Source of the DNA: Balanoglossus misakiensis
Lineage: Eukaryota; Animalia; Hemichordata
Direction of reading: 5' to 3'
Length of the DNA: 64,000 nucleotides
Assembly (NCBI GenBank): GCA_040954595.2
Contig: JBECUI020000035.1
Coordinates: 62,001-126,000, forward strand
In this document: positions 1 to 12,586 of the stretch, one piece after another
Layout: every line of letters begins with the position of its first letter
Numbering within the stretch: position 1 is the first letter of the stretch
Position numbers and translations under genes: made by a program
Notes under the pieces: model-generated
The model's database searches: none
Seen by the model: the letters and a program-made list of their open reading frames with translations, nothing else
Told to the model about the DNA's origin: nothing

Positions 1-79
1 GAAACTGGTGTGTTAGTTGAATATGTCAGTGAGTGAATGTGCAATTGGACAGTGTGTTGGCAGTTAGTGGAGATAAAAA

Positions 80-153
80 ATCCTCATGGTGTAATGGTTA
101 ACACACTTGTCACTTTGTGATAAGAGATCCAGGTTCGATTCCTGGTGGGGATG
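80..153 (+). tRNA. tRNA-like cloverleaf (pseudo-tRNA or SINE head) with an over-long anticodon arm
   Basis: Acceptor stem ATCCTCA/TGGGGAT, D arm GTGT-AATGGTTA-ACAC, T arm CCAGG-TTCGATT-CCTGG, A/B boxes TGGTGTAATGG and GGTTCGATTCC; the anticodon arm (106-124) is 19 nt instead of 17. Confidence 0.6.
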
Positions 154-319
154 ATGAAAAAAAGAGTCCATTAGCTGTGTGTTTGAGTATGAGTGTAATA
201 TATGTATGTACGTATTTATGCATGTATGTAGCCAGCAAACACACAAAACATATTGTGTATATTCAATTCCATACAGTGTTTGATAATAAATATGTTGCTG
301 TTTTACAATTTGGCATTCA

Positions 320-1041
320 CTGCTGATAATTAGGTTTCCATAGATACAAGCGGAATGCAATAGAAGAGGGATAACCATATACATGTATAGAAAAGGTAGG
401 TTACCCCTTCCCCTATCATCCAAATACTACCACAGAGGGTGCTATACTATATGACCATCAACTGAGTATCATTCAAATACTCTGTGCACAGTGGGTAAAT
501 ACACATTTGTTTTTAGGAGACTTTCATCAGTTGCAGTAAAATACAACATGACTACACTATATACACCAATGAGAATGGCCATGTAATTCAGAGAGTGCTT
601 GATATTAAAACTGTATCATAGTTGTGGCCTTTACTGCTGATAATTAGTTTACCATAGATACAAGCCCAATGCAACAGGACAGGGATAAACATATGCAAAG
701 ACAAGATTAAACCCCACCTCCATAATCAAAATACTACCGCAGAGGGCGCTATACTATATGACCATCAACTGAGTATCATTCAAATACTCTGTGCACAGTG
801 GGTAAAGACACATTTGTTTTTTTAGGAGACTTTCATCAGTTGCAGTAAAATACAACGTGACTACACTATATACACCAATGAGAATGGCCGTGTAATTCAG
901 AGAGTGCTTGATATTAAAACTGTTTCATAGTTGTGGCCTTTACTGCTGATAATAGGTTACCATAGATACAAGCCCAATGCAACAGGACAGGGATAAACAT
1001 ATGCAAAGGCAAGATTAAACCCCACCTCTGTAATCAAAATA
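320..1041. repeat. ~308-bp tandem repeat, left part (~2.3 units)
   Basis: Unit marker TACTACC(A/G)CAGAGGG at 425 and 732; the third unit is cut at ~1040 by the LINE tail. Confidence 0.9.
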
Positions 1042-1368
1042 ATAATAATAATAATAATAATTTATTTGTATAGTGTCAGTATCCACAAAAATGTGATCAA
1101 TGACGCTTAAAGCAAAAGTACAATACAACAAATGGCTAAAAAACAGATTTAAAAAGTAAAGTTTTAACATTTGATTTAAAAACAGATAAGTCTGGTGCCT
1201 GGCGAATGGTAAGTGGAAGATTATTCCAAAGAATTGGAGCAGCAACAGTAAAAGCACGATCACCATAACTTTTGGTGCGTGATCGAACAAGGCAGAGTTT
1301 GAACTGATCAGCTGACCTTAAATTGCGACACGGAACATATAGATTAGTCATGCTAGAAAGATAGATTG
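1042..1368 (-). mobile_element. 3' end of a CR1/L2-group LINE (ORF2 C-terminus, 3' UTR, AATAAA, (TTA)n tail)
   Basis: ORF 1136-1351 RNLRSA...YGDRAFTVAAPILWNNLP..IR..FKSNVKTLLF is the typical L2/CR1 ORF2 end; (AAT)n at 1038-1060. Confidence 0.9.
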
Positions 1369-1613
1369 CGCCAGTGGGGATGCAAGCCCAATTATCGATG
1401 AGTCGGAATCACAACCAGACACTTGGAAGTTGAGAACAATAACCAGTTTAATCGATACACTTCGTCGATCGATATATAAACATACATAGAGCAATGGCGG
1501 TCCAGCGGGGAAGGAGAGGACCGAGCATGCGCAAAAGGAACAAAAGTATAAACTAGTAACTACGAGTGAGGGCGTGCTACCGAACGCACTCCAGCAACAC
1601 TAATGGAATGGCG
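1369..1613 (-). repeat. 3' LTR (245 bp)
   Basis: Direct repeat of 6954-7198 with about 2 mismatches seen; ends CGCCA...TGGCG; preceded on the minus strand by purine-rich AAGAGAAGGTGG. Confidence 0.95.
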
Positions 1614-1840
1614 TAGCCACCTTCTCTTACATCCACTTCTCTTTCTGTCCATCGAGCAGGAAAAAAATTTGACACAGGAAATGTGAGCATAAAATGCAAA
1701 GAAAAACATGAACATGCATGTTGACTGAGTCCTACAAAAGTCAAAAGCTGCAATGAAAGTGAGAACATGAAAGTCAATAAATATAAATGGGAGTACTGGG
1801 GGCAACACTGTTCAGCACAAAAATATAAAGGTCTGAAACT

Positions 1841-4800
1841 CTAAAAGTTCACTTCATAGTCATCAAAGCGGGTGGGACGACGGCGAGCGCGGGTGGATTT
1901 TCTTGTACCCTCAGTGGTGAGAGGTTGATCTGGTCGACTATCTTCAGCAGGAGCTGACATGTCAGTGGTTTCCATGGGGCTGCACACTGTGGGTTGGATA
2001 TCACTGGTACTGGTGTCGCATTTGGTAGTAGTAGTATCGCAGACACCAGGTGTGGTACTTTGTATGTGATCTGACTTCCTGGGCGATGCGAGTTCCGAAG
2101 GAATGCTTGGGGGTTCAGGCACTGCGGTTGGTGGCCGACACGGTGTATCGTCATCAGATGAGTGCTCCTCGTTCGCTCCCTTCATGGGTATTGAGTGATC
2201 GGTCGCTGAAAATGGCACTAAGTAGCATTCTGACTGCTTGACGCGATATGAAGTCTTACGGAGTTGGTTTCCGCGGAACTTACGGATACAACACCATGGC
2301 GGGTCGCTCTGGATGACCAAGTAGCGGTCTCGAGAACGGGATTTGTTGCGGTCTGAGTGTAGGTATACCAGGTCCCCAACTTCTAGCGACGGGGCTATTG
2401 GCATGCGTCTACTGGGAGTTTTGGAGGTCTCACTGGAGCGATGGTTGGCCTTGCGGAGGGCGTGTTGTGCAAGAATCAGCTGTTGGTCACTGATCGGTAA
2501 CTGATCATGGGTAAACTGGTCTCTTTGAGTCCACATTTCACGGGAAGACAAACCTCTAGACCTGATGCGGGAGTTGACGTGTGAGAGGGCTATGGCCAGG
2601 GAGAGTGGTGTGATGGTAGAACACAGAGGGTCCTGGCGTAGGAGCTCGTCTTCAATTTCTTGAATAGCTCTACCTGCGACAGGGTTTTTGTTACGATTCT
2701 TGATGCGACCAATTTCAATGGTCAACCTGTGCTGACGAAGGAGGTCATCGTTGATGAGGGCTGCAAAGCCCGGAGCTGGGTCAGTACGGATAACAGCGTG
2801 TGGACCATCTAAAGGTCGAAGTTCAATGCAAAGTCTCACGAGGGCAACACGTAGGGTATCATGGCGTTCGTCCTCAATAAGACAAGCTGACGTGAATGAT
2901 GTGACGCATTCGCGGAGTACTAGGACTAATTGACGCTCACGCTTGATTATATCAGCAGCGAAGGAAATGCCGATGACTTCAGGCGGATCTGTAGTTGACT
3001 GTGTGACTATGGTATTGGGAACCTTGGTGAGTGAGGCGCAATGGTGGCATGTAGAGGAGACATGCTCGATGGATTTGTCCAAGTCCAGGGCGTAGAAGTA
3101 GCGATGTGTCACTTGCTTCAGTTGGTGGCATGATGGGTGACCTAGACGAATGTGAATGGCAGTCAGAAAGCCATCCAAAACTTGTCGGGGAACTACGATG
3201 CGGTCACTAGGAGGGACAAAGGGATCCGTCCGGGAGACAACAAGCAACCCATCCTTGGCAATAGTTACGTTGTTCAGGTAGCGTTTTACATCCCTGATGT
3301 TGGTGAGCTTCTTTGATGGACGCGTTCCCTGAGTTAGGTGGGCGTGAGTACGACGCAAATCTGGACAGTCGGCTTGTATGCTGAGCCAAGTCGCCCTGTT
3401 GGTAAATGGTAGCTTTGCGTTACCGGAGATGACGTCCTGTACGGACAGGGATCTGACAACAGAATCTTCGGTACGTGCGACGAATGTGCAGATTTGGCAA
3501 GTGGGAGAGTCACAATCTGGGGCATTACGACTGGCGAAGTCTGATGGGATGTTTTCGCTGCCAGCAAGATGTCTCACAGAGGCCTGGTACCGGCTCACGG
3601 TTGAGAGGAAGGTTGTTACTCGTGGGCTGGCGGAGAATTCGCCGCGGCACAACTTCTCATATGCTTGTACGCATGGTTTACTGTCTGTGAGTATACATGG
3701 CTTGTGATGAGACTGTATAATATAAGGGCTAAAATGCTTGGTGGCAACTGCAATGGATAGAGCCTCAACCTCGCAGGGGAGCCAAGTGACCTGCCGACCA
3801 CGAAGTTTGGCACTGAAGAATCCAGCAACGTGGAGTTTGTCATCTCGGGAGACATATAATGTAGCACCAATTCCGTTGTACTTCACGGCACCATCTGTGA
3901 TGATCCAAAGTTGGTCGGATGGGCGTGGCAAAGTGATCGATCGGCTTGTGGAAAGTGCAGACTGGGCAGTGTGGAAAGCCTCACGGAGCTTGTCAGTCCA
4001 CTCAATACGGTCGCTAGACTGTTTCCCAGCGGCGGCATCTTCTAACGCTGTGAGGAGAAATGCGCAGCCTGGAATTACTCTAGCTAAGACCTTGTATGCA
4101 CCTATGAAAGATCGAAGTCCACGAACATTCTCTGGTGTAGAGCATGAGGAAAGGGGTGCGATACGGTGTTTGCTGGCACTGATTGTTCCTTGGTGCCAAA
4201 TCCATCCCAGGATCATGGTAGTAGCTGGGCATATAGCCGTTTTGGCGGCAGAAAGGCATAATGCCAACGCATGTAATGCCTGTAGCAGACGTTTCCAGTT
4301 GGTCTTGAGCTCATGTATGGAATTACCACCACAGAATAAGTCGTCAGCTAGTTTAGCTACAACACCATCTGCAAGGAGATCACCTAGGACGCGACACATG
4401 AGTTCTTCGAGGGCAGTTTCAGAACCGGGCATGCCCATAGCACATCGTGTGTAGACGCGTATGCCTCGGAACGGAGTAGCTACGCCGCAATATTTCAGGG
4501 ACGTCCTTGAAAGCGGTATTTGGTAGAAGGCCTTGGTGAGGTCTGTGGTAATTATGTATTTCCACTGCGCGATGTGGCGAAGAGTACCATCCACATCTGG
4601 TAATACAGACGGCTGGGGTTTGCTATAGCGACCCACGTCAGCGAAGGCAGTGACTAGTCTAGAGCCACCGTTGGCTTTTTTTACCAGGAATGAGGTGTTT
4701 ATGTATTCGACGCTAACACTCAGGTCTTCTGGTCGGGCGAATACACCCATTTCTTCCAACTCATCGAACTTGGCCTGTAGTTCCAACAGCTTGTCATGTG

Positions 4801-6787
4801 GATAGAAGGGGAGGCGCCCCTTTCGCTGTGGTGGTTGCACAGGGCCCATATTGACAACTGCTTCGAAGGGACCCGACGCACCGTTGTAGCCCTTGACGGT
4901 AGGGTTGAAAACGTCATCAAACTCTTGGTGAAGAGAGCGGAAAGCTGTACGGTCTGCTTGTGATAGGAGATTGTCAGGGTCAAGCTTAATGTCATTTGAG
5001 TAGTTGCCGACAGTGGTTGGAGACTTGGTGGGGAGAGTCTTCGTGGTGGAACTGCTGTGATCTATGACTGGGGTGAAGGTGGCGCGTACTTGGCAAAAGT
5101 GTTCGTTGCGCTGAAGTGTTTGTGGACTGTCAGATAAGTTGGGAATGCGAAGTTTTCCAGCTACACTTGTCAACAGGTCTGGTGCTGGCCATGTGTTGTT
5201 AGGCGTGAACATCTTGTTAGGACGTGTGTCTGATCTAGGTTCGACTGCGTACGTCGTGTCAGTGGCCTGGAGTTCTGGTGGTAACTCTACCTCGATGAAG
5301 TCACCTGGCCAAATGGTAGAAGACACGGGAGGGGCCCTGAGTACATGGGTCCTGCGGATGCTGTGGCCGGTTGCTGGTGTTGACCCGTAGGTGTATGTCG
5401 TACCGTCACCGATCATGATTTGGCACTTGGCTGGGCGGACACTGATGTCATTTAGCTCCATAAAGGGAGTCCCTGCCAATAAGTCGACATCCAGGTTTTC
5501 CACAACTAGGCCCTCGAATATGAAGTTGATGTTGTCGCGTGTCAATTGGAATCTAGTTTCGCCTACAACTTTCAAGGGGGAAGAGCCATCGGCCTGATGT
5601 GCGGATTGGGAACTGGATTTTATTGGTACATTCAGTCGTCTGGCTAAAGACAGGCGCATCATGTTACCAGTGGCACCACTGTCGATAATCGCGCGGACGG
5701 TTTGGTAACCATAGAAAGTATCCAGGTATGGTGACTGGCGGACCTGAATTCGTAGGGCGGTGTTGGTAGTGCTTGAGTCTTGTTGTGAGAGTTCATCACT
5801 TGGAAGACAGTCATCTTCATCACTGTTAATGTCGAATATGTTAGCAACCTGTCGTGCTTTGGTCATGAACCGGCGATCTTGGTCTGGTAGGAACTCACAC
5901 TCACTTAGAAAATGCTGAGCCGGTCTGCCGGCTTGCTTGCACAGGGGACAGGAGCGATATGTTTTACGGCTTCTCTGTCTTGCTTTGGGCGGACCAGTAG
6001 AGCGAGTGGGAAAGTTGTCCTTATAACGAGTGGTGTTGTGGTAGTTGGCTGCGGCGGTGCGCATGACAGTGGCGTCTTCTGTAGTGTGTATCTCATCCAG
6101 GAGAGAAGATAATGCCTGTGAAATTTCTGGCTTTACGGAGGCTAATGTACGGGTGCGTAACTCCGTGCCGTACCGTTGTTTAACAAGTCTTGGGAGATCT
6201 TTATGTATTAGCTGCAACCAGGTTAAGACCACAAAATTTTCCAAAGATGGGGAAAGCTCTTCATCCTCGGTAATGGCATCGCCGTGGTGGGATATACCGC
6301 TATCACGACGGAGTAGGTTGTCCTCAATGAATGCGGTGAGGCGTTGGTAGAGGTCTTCAGGACGCTCATCGGGCTGAAGGTGGATTTGGCAAAAATCGAT
6401 GAAATGAGCGCCAGTAGACTGGAAACCATAATGTAAACGAATTACCTGCCAAATACTGTCTATGGATGTCGAGTTCTTGACAATAGTACTGCGGGCTATA
6501 ACGGGGCAGTAGTTGGCTATTTGGCCCAACATAAGCTCCAGAGCATTAACCTTCTGCTGGGCTGTAAGGCGTTTGTTTGCGCTGATGTCCTCACCGTCGT
6601 TGGTAAACCCTCTCAGTGGACTAGACTTCGTTTTCTTTGTCCATTGTGCGCCCTCAGCGAGGAAAGGTGCAAAATTAGCATCAAGTGATAACGTATATCT
6701 GAGGTTTTGGCGCCAATTCTCGAAGGAATTAATAGTCTCTGATTTACTGAGACACCATTGCTTGGGTGCCCGCTGGAATGATGCCAT
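1841..6787 (-). CDS. Gag-Pol polyprotein, 1648 aa (gag with Zn motif, aspartic protease, RT, RNase H, integrase)
   Basis: CPLC..H..C; IIDSGATG protease; [13 protein letters not shown] and LADD; RNase H TDGA..E..TDSKP..SDFASR; integrase [20 protein letters not shown]. Confidence 0.95.
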   Translation of the reverse strand: MASFQRAPKQWCLSKSETINSFENWRQNLRYTLSLDANFAPFLAEGAQWTKKTKSSPLRGFTNDGEDISANKRLTAQQKVNALELMLGQIANYCPVIARSTIVKNSTSIDSIWQVIRLHYGFQSTGAHFIDFCQIHLQPDERPEDLYQRLTAFIEDNLLRRDSGISHHGDAITEDEELSPSLENFVVLTWLQLIHKDLPRLVKQRYGTELRTRTLASVKPEISQALSSLLDEIHTTEDATVMRTAAANYHNTTRYKDNFPTRSTGPPKARQRSRKTYRSCPLCKQAGRPAQHFLSECEFLPDQDRRFMTKARQVANIFDINSDEDDCLPSDELSQQDSSTTNTALRIQVRQSPYLDTFYGYQTVRAIIDSGATGNMMRLSLARRLNVPIKSSSQSAHQADGSSPLKVVGETRFQLTRDNINFIFEGLVVENLDVDLLAGTPFMELNDISVRPAKCQIMIGDGTTYTYGSTPATGHSIRRTHVLRAPPVSSTIWPGDFIEVELPPELQATDTTYAVEPRSDTRPNKMFTPNNTWPAPDLLTSVAGKLRIPNLSDSPQTLQRNEHFCQVRATFTPVIDHSSSTTKTLPTKSPTTVGNYSNDIKLDPDNLLSQADRTAFRSLHQEFDDVFNPTVKGYNGASGPFEAVVNMGPVQPPQRKGRLPFYPHDKLLELQAKFDELEEMGVFARPEDLSVSVEYINTSFLVKKANGGSRLVTAFADVGRYSKPQPSVLPDVDGTLRHIAQWKYIITTDLTKAFYQIPLSRTSLKYCGVATPFRGIRVYTRCAMGMPGSETALEELMCRVLGDLLADGVVAKLADDLFCGGNSIHELKTNWKRLLQALHALALCLSAAKTAICPATTMILGWIWHQGTISASKHRIAPLSSCSTPENVRGLRSFIGAYKVLARVIPGCAFLLTALEDAAAGKQSSDRIEWTDKLREAFHTAQSALSTSRSITLPRPSDQLWIITDGAVKYNGIGATLYVSRDDKLHVAGFFSAKLRGRQVTWLPCEVEALSIAVATKHFSPYIIQSHHKPCILTDSKPCVQAYEKLCRGEFSASPRVTTFLSTVSRYQASVRHLAGSENIPSDFASRNAPDCDSPTCQICTFVARTEDSVVRSLSVQDVISGNAKLPFTNRATWLSIQADCPDLRRTHAHLTQGTRPSKKLTNIRDVKRYLNNVTIAKDGLLVVSRTDPFVPPSDRIVVPRQVLDGFLTAIHIRLGHPSCHQLKQVTHRYFYALDLDKSIEHVSSTCHHCASLTKVPNTIVTQSTTDPPEVIGISFAADIIKRERQLVLVLRECVTSFTSACLIEDERHDTLRVALVRLCIELRPLDGPHAVIRTDPAPGFAALINDDLLRQHRLTIEIGRIKNRNKNPVAGRAIQEIEDELLRQDPLCSTITPLSLAIALSHVNSRIRSRGLSSREMWTQRDQFTHDQLPISDQQLILAQHALRKANHRSSETSKTPSRRMPIAPSLEVGDLVYLHSDRNKSRSRDRYLVIQSDPPWCCIRKFRGNQLRKTSYRVKQSECYLVPFSATDHSIPMKGANEEHSSDDDTPCRPPTAVPEPPSIPSELASPRKSDHIQSTTPGVCDTTTTKCDTSTSDIQPTVCSPMETTDMSAPAEDSRPDQPLTTEGTRKSTRARRRPTRFDDYEVNF

Positions 6788-6942
6788 GATGTACTCTGGT
6801 AATGACTACAACTTCTGTGCTATCCAGTTAATGTATACTGACCGGTTGTACACTATGTGTGTGTGTCCGACAACTTGTTGACCAGGCAATATATGGTCCA
6901 GCGACGACTGTTATGTCTTCAGGAGGCGTGTAGATTCGAAAT

Positions 6943-6953
6943 CGCTGCCACCA
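6943..6953 (-). promoter_or_regulatory. Primer-binding site complementary to the tRNA-Leu 3' end
   Basis: TGGTGGCAGCG directly after the 5' LTR; complements CGCUGCCACCA of eukaryotic tRNA-Leu(AAG/TAG). Confidence 0.8.
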
Positions 6954-7198
6954 CGCCAGTGGGGATGCAAGCCCAATTATCGATGAGTCGGAATCACAAC
7001 CAGACACTTGGAAGTTGAGAACAATAACCAGTTTAATCGATACACTTCGTCGATCGATATATAAACATACATAGAGCAATGGCGGTCCAGCGGGGAGAGA
7101 GAGGACCGAGCATGCGCAAAAGGAACAAAAGTATAAACTAGTAACTACGAGTGAGGGCGTGCTACCGAACGCACTCCAGCAACACTAATGGAATGGCG
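6954..7198 (-). repeat. 5' LTR (245 bp)
   Basis: Direct repeat of 1369-1613. Confidence 0.95.
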
Positions 7199-8017
7199 TT
7201 GGACCAAGTTTATGAATGGATTTAAAAATGAGAACTAACATCTTAAAAACAATACGCTGTGTAACAGGTAGCCAGTGCAACTGATACAAAATTGGAGTGA
7301 TGTGACAGGTGATTTTTGAATGAGTAACAATTCTAGCAGCAATATTCTGAACGCGTTGGATACGGTTGATTGAATACTTCGGGAGCCAAAATAAAAGTGA
7401 ATTACATGAATCAATTCGAGAAGTAATGAATGCATGAACTAATTGCTCTGTAGCAGAATGAGATAAATATTTGCAGATAAGCGCAATGCGACGTAAATGA
7501 AAAGTGGCAGAGCGGCAGATCTGTCCAATATGTGGCTTCATTGTCAGACAAGAGTCAAGGATCACACCAAGGCTCTTAGCCTGACAATGGACAGGAATCA
7601 GAGAATCGCCAACACGAATTTCTGAAATCCCTCTAGCAGACAGATCACCTGAAATACCAAAGAAAATAACAAATTCAGTCTTATCATCGTATAAGCACAA
7701 GAAGTTTTCAGACATCCAAAACCTAACATCGGATATACAAAGTTCAAGATTTGAAACAGTTCTTGCTGCGTTGTCTTTACTAAAAGACATATAAAGTGAA
7801 GAGTCATCTGCATAAAAACTATAAAGACAACCATGACTTTGAACTAATTCACCAAATGGAGACGGGTACATATTGAAAAGTATGGGACCAAGAACTGATC
7901 CCTGTGGTACCCCAGTGTCGAGCCGATAGAAAGGTGATTGGGTGGAATTTACAAGTACACACTGACTACGATTGGAAAGGTATGACTTAAACCACATGAG
8001 AACAGTATCTGAGAGAC
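7199..8017 (-). mobile_element. 5'-truncated CR1/L2 LINE, RT portion (same insertion as 1042-1368)
   Basis: WFKSYLSNRSQ..GVPQGSVLGPILF..YADD; removing the LTR element restores the frame HKLGP-IYLSSMTNLY; apparent TSD CAAAATA at 1035-1041 and 8018-8024. Confidence 0.92.
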
Positions 8018-9270
8018 CAAAATACTACCACAGAGAGTGCTATACTATATGACCATCAACTGAGTATCATTCAAATACTCTGTGCACAGTGGGTAAACAC
8101 ACATTTGGTTTTTTAGGAGACTTTCATCAGTTGTAGTAAAATACAACGTGACTACACTATATACACCAATGAGAATCGCCATGTAATTCAGAGAGTGCTT
8201 GATATTAAAACTGTTTCATAGTTGTGGCCTTTACTGCTGATAATTAGGTTACCATAGATACAAGCCCAAGGCAACATGACAGGGATAAACATATGCAAAG
8301 ACAAGATTAAACCCCACCTCCATAATCAAAATACTACCACAGAGGGCGCTATACTATATGACCATCAACTGAGTATCATTCAAATACTCTGTGCACAGTG
8401 GGTAAAGACTTATTTGTTTTTTTAGGAGACTTTCATCAGTTGCAGTAAAATACAACATGACTACACTATATACACCAATGAGAATGGCCATGTAATTCAG
8501 AGAGTGCTTGATATTAAAACTGTATCATAGTTGTGGCCTTTACTGCTGATAATTAGGTTACCATAGATACAAGCCCAATGCAACATGACAGGGATAAACA
8601 TATGCAAAGACAAGATTAAACCCCACCTCCATAATCAAAATACTACCACAGAGGGCGCTATACTATATGACCATCAACTGAGTATCATTCAAATACTCTG
8701 TGCACAGTGGGTAAAGACACATTTGGTTTTTTAGGAGACTTTCATCAGTTGTAGTAAAATACAACGTGACTACACTATATACACCAATGAGAATGGCCAT
8801 GTAATTCAGAGAGTGCTTGATATTAAAACTGTTTCATAGTTGTGGCCTTTACTGCTGATAATTAGGTTACCATAGATACAAGCCCAATGCAACATGACAG
8901 GGATAAACATATGCAAAGACAAGATTTAACCCCACCTCCATAATCAAAATACTACCACAGAGGGCGCTATACTATATGACCATCAACTGAGTATCCTTCA
9001 AATACTCTGTGCACAGTGGGTAAAGACACATTTGGTTTTTTAGGAGACTTTCACCAGTTGCAGTAAAATACAACGTGACTACACTATATGCACCAATGAG
9101 AATGGCCGTGTAATTCAGAGTGCTTGATATTAAAACTGTTTCAAAGCTGTGGCCTTTACTGCTGATAATTAGGTTACCATAGATACAAGTGGAATGGAAC
9201 CGGACAGGGATAAACATACAAAGGCTAGGTTAACCCCCCCCCCCCAATACTACCACAGAGGGCGCTATAC
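8018..9270. repeat. ~309-bp tandem repeat, right part (~4 units)
   Basis: Unit marker at 8023, 8332, 8641, 8950 and 9248. Confidence 0.92.
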
Positions 9271-10899
9271 TGATCATCAAGTCTGTACCATTGAAATAAA
9301 TCTGTGCAGAGTGGGTAAATTAGGCATTTGGTTCTTCAGATTTTCATAAGTTGCACTAAAATGCTATGTGGCCCACTACAAGGACAAATAAGTCAAAAAT
9401 GGCAAATTTGACGTTTACTTTGAGGTTGGCATGGGGCAAACGAGACAATACAAGAACACTGAAACTCAATTAGTGAAACACTAAAGTTGTACTTTATTTC
9501 TCTAACAAACTTAGAGAAAATTTACATGGCCATCTTTTTACTCAGAGACCTGATGTTGAATAGAAATGTGGTAGTGCAGGTCCACATGAGTGCCGTGTAC
9601 TAGCCTCTCTCTCTGCAAATCCATCCACAACTTGCATGCAGATAGTGGGAGTCTGATGTAAGCAACTACTGCAGTTACAGTCAGGACGTAAGTGGGATAA
9701 TTAAACAGCAGGGGATCATGCAATGCAAACACTTGAACTGGCCAGTAACGTTTGAATTGCTCATTTGCATACAGTTTTTCAACTTTTTTCACAACGAAAG
9801 TTAAGCAACTAGCAACCCATTTCTGACAATTATTTCACCCCAGGCACATTACTGGTACTATGAGTGTACTACATGTGATTTTTCATGAAGTTTTATCGAG
9901 AAGAATTTCTTTACTTCCACTGACAAAATTGTGATCTCGAAATTCAAAGTGACCTTGAAGTTACAAAAAAAAATATCAGCCATACCCTCACAAAAATTAA
10001 CCCCCTCAGGTTTTAGAAACATTATTAAACTCCTCTATTCATAATTTTGACATGAATATATCCATGCCGAGAGTCAAGGACCACAATTTACTGTGCCATA
10101 GGTCAGTCCTGAGAAGTCAGTCAGCGTGAATAGTGTATAGACTCCTTATGTAATATGCTAATGAGAGATAACGATGCGTTGAAAAGGAAGCCATTACGTC
10201 ATGGGTTAACATGCGTTGACCTACTTCAATGCATACACATATGGCAAACACGGCTGTACTCGTCGATGGCGAAGGCAATTTTTACACCGTCATTACTCCA
10301 CAACGGAGCGGCTCACACTATTATAATTTCACGGTAACTTAGTTCAATATCTTCCTAACCTACCCAATTTTTTTCAAGACAAGAAATCTTTGCCGAGAGT
10401 CAAGGACCACAATTTAAACCAACATACCGAAACTGTCTTTCTCGGGAAAGCGTCGTTAAAACTTCACGAAAAATCATCCTATCATTGACTATGGTGTTTC
10501 ATACACGTCTTAGAAAAATGGGTGCACTACGATCACTTGTAGTACCGAAAATCTCCGTTTGAAAATTTTTCGAACTGGCCGTAACTGCCACTCAGCGACT
10601 TTCACATTCAAATAGATCTCTTTGATCTCACCGCCGTAATTACCCCACTTTCGTCCTGACTGGTTAATACTTACAAAGTGTATTACCTCCAACACCCCAT
10701 GGACGGTATCATGTCATCACCAGTAGCTATAGGTTCTTTTAACACCTTGAGAGAAAAAAATGGATTGTTACTGATAGATTACAAAGCACTGACAATACAA
10801 GAGGGGGAGGGGTAAGGTTTGTTGAGAGCAGTTGTTTTTTGCTAAACATTAGTGAAAATATGAAATTATTGACATGTAGGATTTCAATTTTATGATGTA

Positions 10900-11110
10900 A
10901 GAGTATTTTATAATATCTCACCGGGACTTCAGTTGTCGCTGTAGTATTTAACCCAAGTTTAACTGTGCCACCCACGTCCATGCATGGCAAGGTTTTCTCT
11001 CCCAAAAGTTTCAGTTTGGTATCCCAGTTACCATCAGTTGCACTTACTCCACGCCTTCTAAGTTGAATGCGATTTACCATCACAGGATTCATACTGTGGT
11101 GCAAAGACAA
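10900..11110 (-). pseudogene. Degenerate inverted copy of OB-fold exon 13004-13210
   Basis: TDGNWDTKLKLLGEKTLPCMDVGGTVKLGLNTTATTEV aligns to TDGTRDAEVNLWGEKTALPLDVGATVKLG..LNTTATTEV. Confidence 0.75.
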
Positions 11111-11501
11111 TTAAAAACATCGATTGTAAGTCATTTAGTAGTGATACCATTGTGACCAAACCTCGTTTTAAAATACATGTAATCTGTACTCGAAACTATC
11201 ATTTTTTTCTTTCTAGAATATTAGAACGCGCTCAAAAATAAAAATGCGACCTGTAAGCGAGTGCCGCGTTTCAATTGGTACTGACGATAAACACCGCCAC
11301 TCGGAGATAAAATCAACGTTTTTTTTTTAATGCAAGTGAACGCATGGAGGCGGCCATACTGAATTTAGGTTACATCCCAAGACATTCCGACTGGGCTTCA
11401 GGTGGATTCGGGAAAGGTCTCTAAAACATAATCGGTCATCCAATTTTGTATACTAAATTTCTAAAAATGTAGGACATGGGAGGTTAACATACCCACAATG
11501 A

Positions 11502-11874
11502 CAGCCAAGGCGTGGCAGTGAAATTGTGCCTCATTGAGGATACAGTCTAGATCCGGAATTCAGCCAACGGCAAACTGTTTAGCGTGCCTTGTATGCAGCA
11601 GGATGGCAACGTTCTGGAACTTAAATTCTGGAAAGAAAATCCGAAATAGCTGAACAGATAACAGAAGAGAGAATACATACAGCTCCGCAACTTTTCCACT
11701 GGAAGATATAATACCATTTGCCTCTATGATAGAGCAAAGGTATGTTATAATCGCACCCCGAAACTTATGGGCCTTTTTTTTGACGTAGTCATTTTGGGTA
11801 TCTTAACCTCCCATCTTCTACATTTTTAGAAATTTACTCTACAAAATTGAATGACCCATTACATTTTAGAGACT
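11502..11874 (+). pseudogene. Direct duplicate of exon/intron segment 12351-12725 with stop codons
   Basis: Near-identical sequence; TGG changed to TAG at ~11648 and an indel at ~11545. Confidence 0.85.
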
Positions 11875-12316
11875 CTAACTCCTGATTGGCCTATAAACTT
11901 ATTTCTTTCATCAACACTTTCTAACCGTTAACCCGCTGTACCTCCGCATGTCTCCACAAGAGCTAGGAGCTCAGAATCGGATGAACGAGACAAGCGGTCT
12001 CTCACGTTTAGTAACCGTAACACCGTTAAAGGTAGGTTTTCATTGATTCTAATAAGTCTCCGTTCATCAACATTTCAAAAATTCTCCATAACCCAGTAGT
12101 TGCCACTGTGCTTCAATGAAATATTTCCTTTCAAACTTGCAAATGGTAACCGAATCTCAAATCGCAAATCTTTCCATTTTTAATAACGAAGTCGGATGCC
12201 GCAATCACCAACTCACTTTTTTATCGGACTCCATCATTCTAATACTTTACTTCAATTGTCAAAAATTGTGTAAAACAATATCCACTCTCAATCTATATTT
12301 CAGGTTTAACGGCGTT

Positions 12317-12586
12317 ATGGCATCCCCGGCTCCCGGTCCCTCATCCCCAACCAGCCAAGGCGTGGCACTGAAATTGCGCCTCATGGAGGATGTCGAGATC
12401 CGGAATTCCGCCAACGGGAAACTGTTTAGCGTGCCTTGTATGCAGCAGGATGGCAACGTTCTGGAACTTAAATTCTGGAAAGAAAATCCGAAGTGGCTGA
12501 ACAGATTACAGAAGGGAGAATACGTACAGCTCCGCAACTTTTCCACTGGAAGAGATAATACCATTTGCCTCTATGATAGAGCAAAG
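12317..12586 (+). CDS. OB-fold (RPA/SSB-like) protein, first coding exon
   Basis: Acceptor TTTCAG at 12303, ATG 12317, phase-0 donor AAG|GTACGT; LELKFWKE..LQKGEYVQLRNF resembles an OB-fold; ATTGG and TATAAA at ~11886-11897 and a donor at ~12031 suggest a non-coding first exon. Confidence 0.6.

Larger units (their letters stand above)
1369..7198 (-). mobile_element. Full-length Gypsy-like LTR retrotransposon, Troyka-type (CG...CG LTR ends, 3-bp TSD TTG)
   Basis: Two 245-bp LTRs, TSD TTG at 1366-1368 and 7199-7201, PBS, PPT-like tract and a single gag-pol ORF. Confidence 0.93.

Noticed and set aside
3738-4454. 238-aa antisense ORF and other short ORFs overlapping gag-pol
   Set aside because: Shadow frames of the long coding sequence with no recognisable motifs
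9538-9792. Terminal exon of the inverted OB-fold copy
   Set aside because: A plausible acceptor and AATAAA exist, but there is no recognisable protein similarity in any frame
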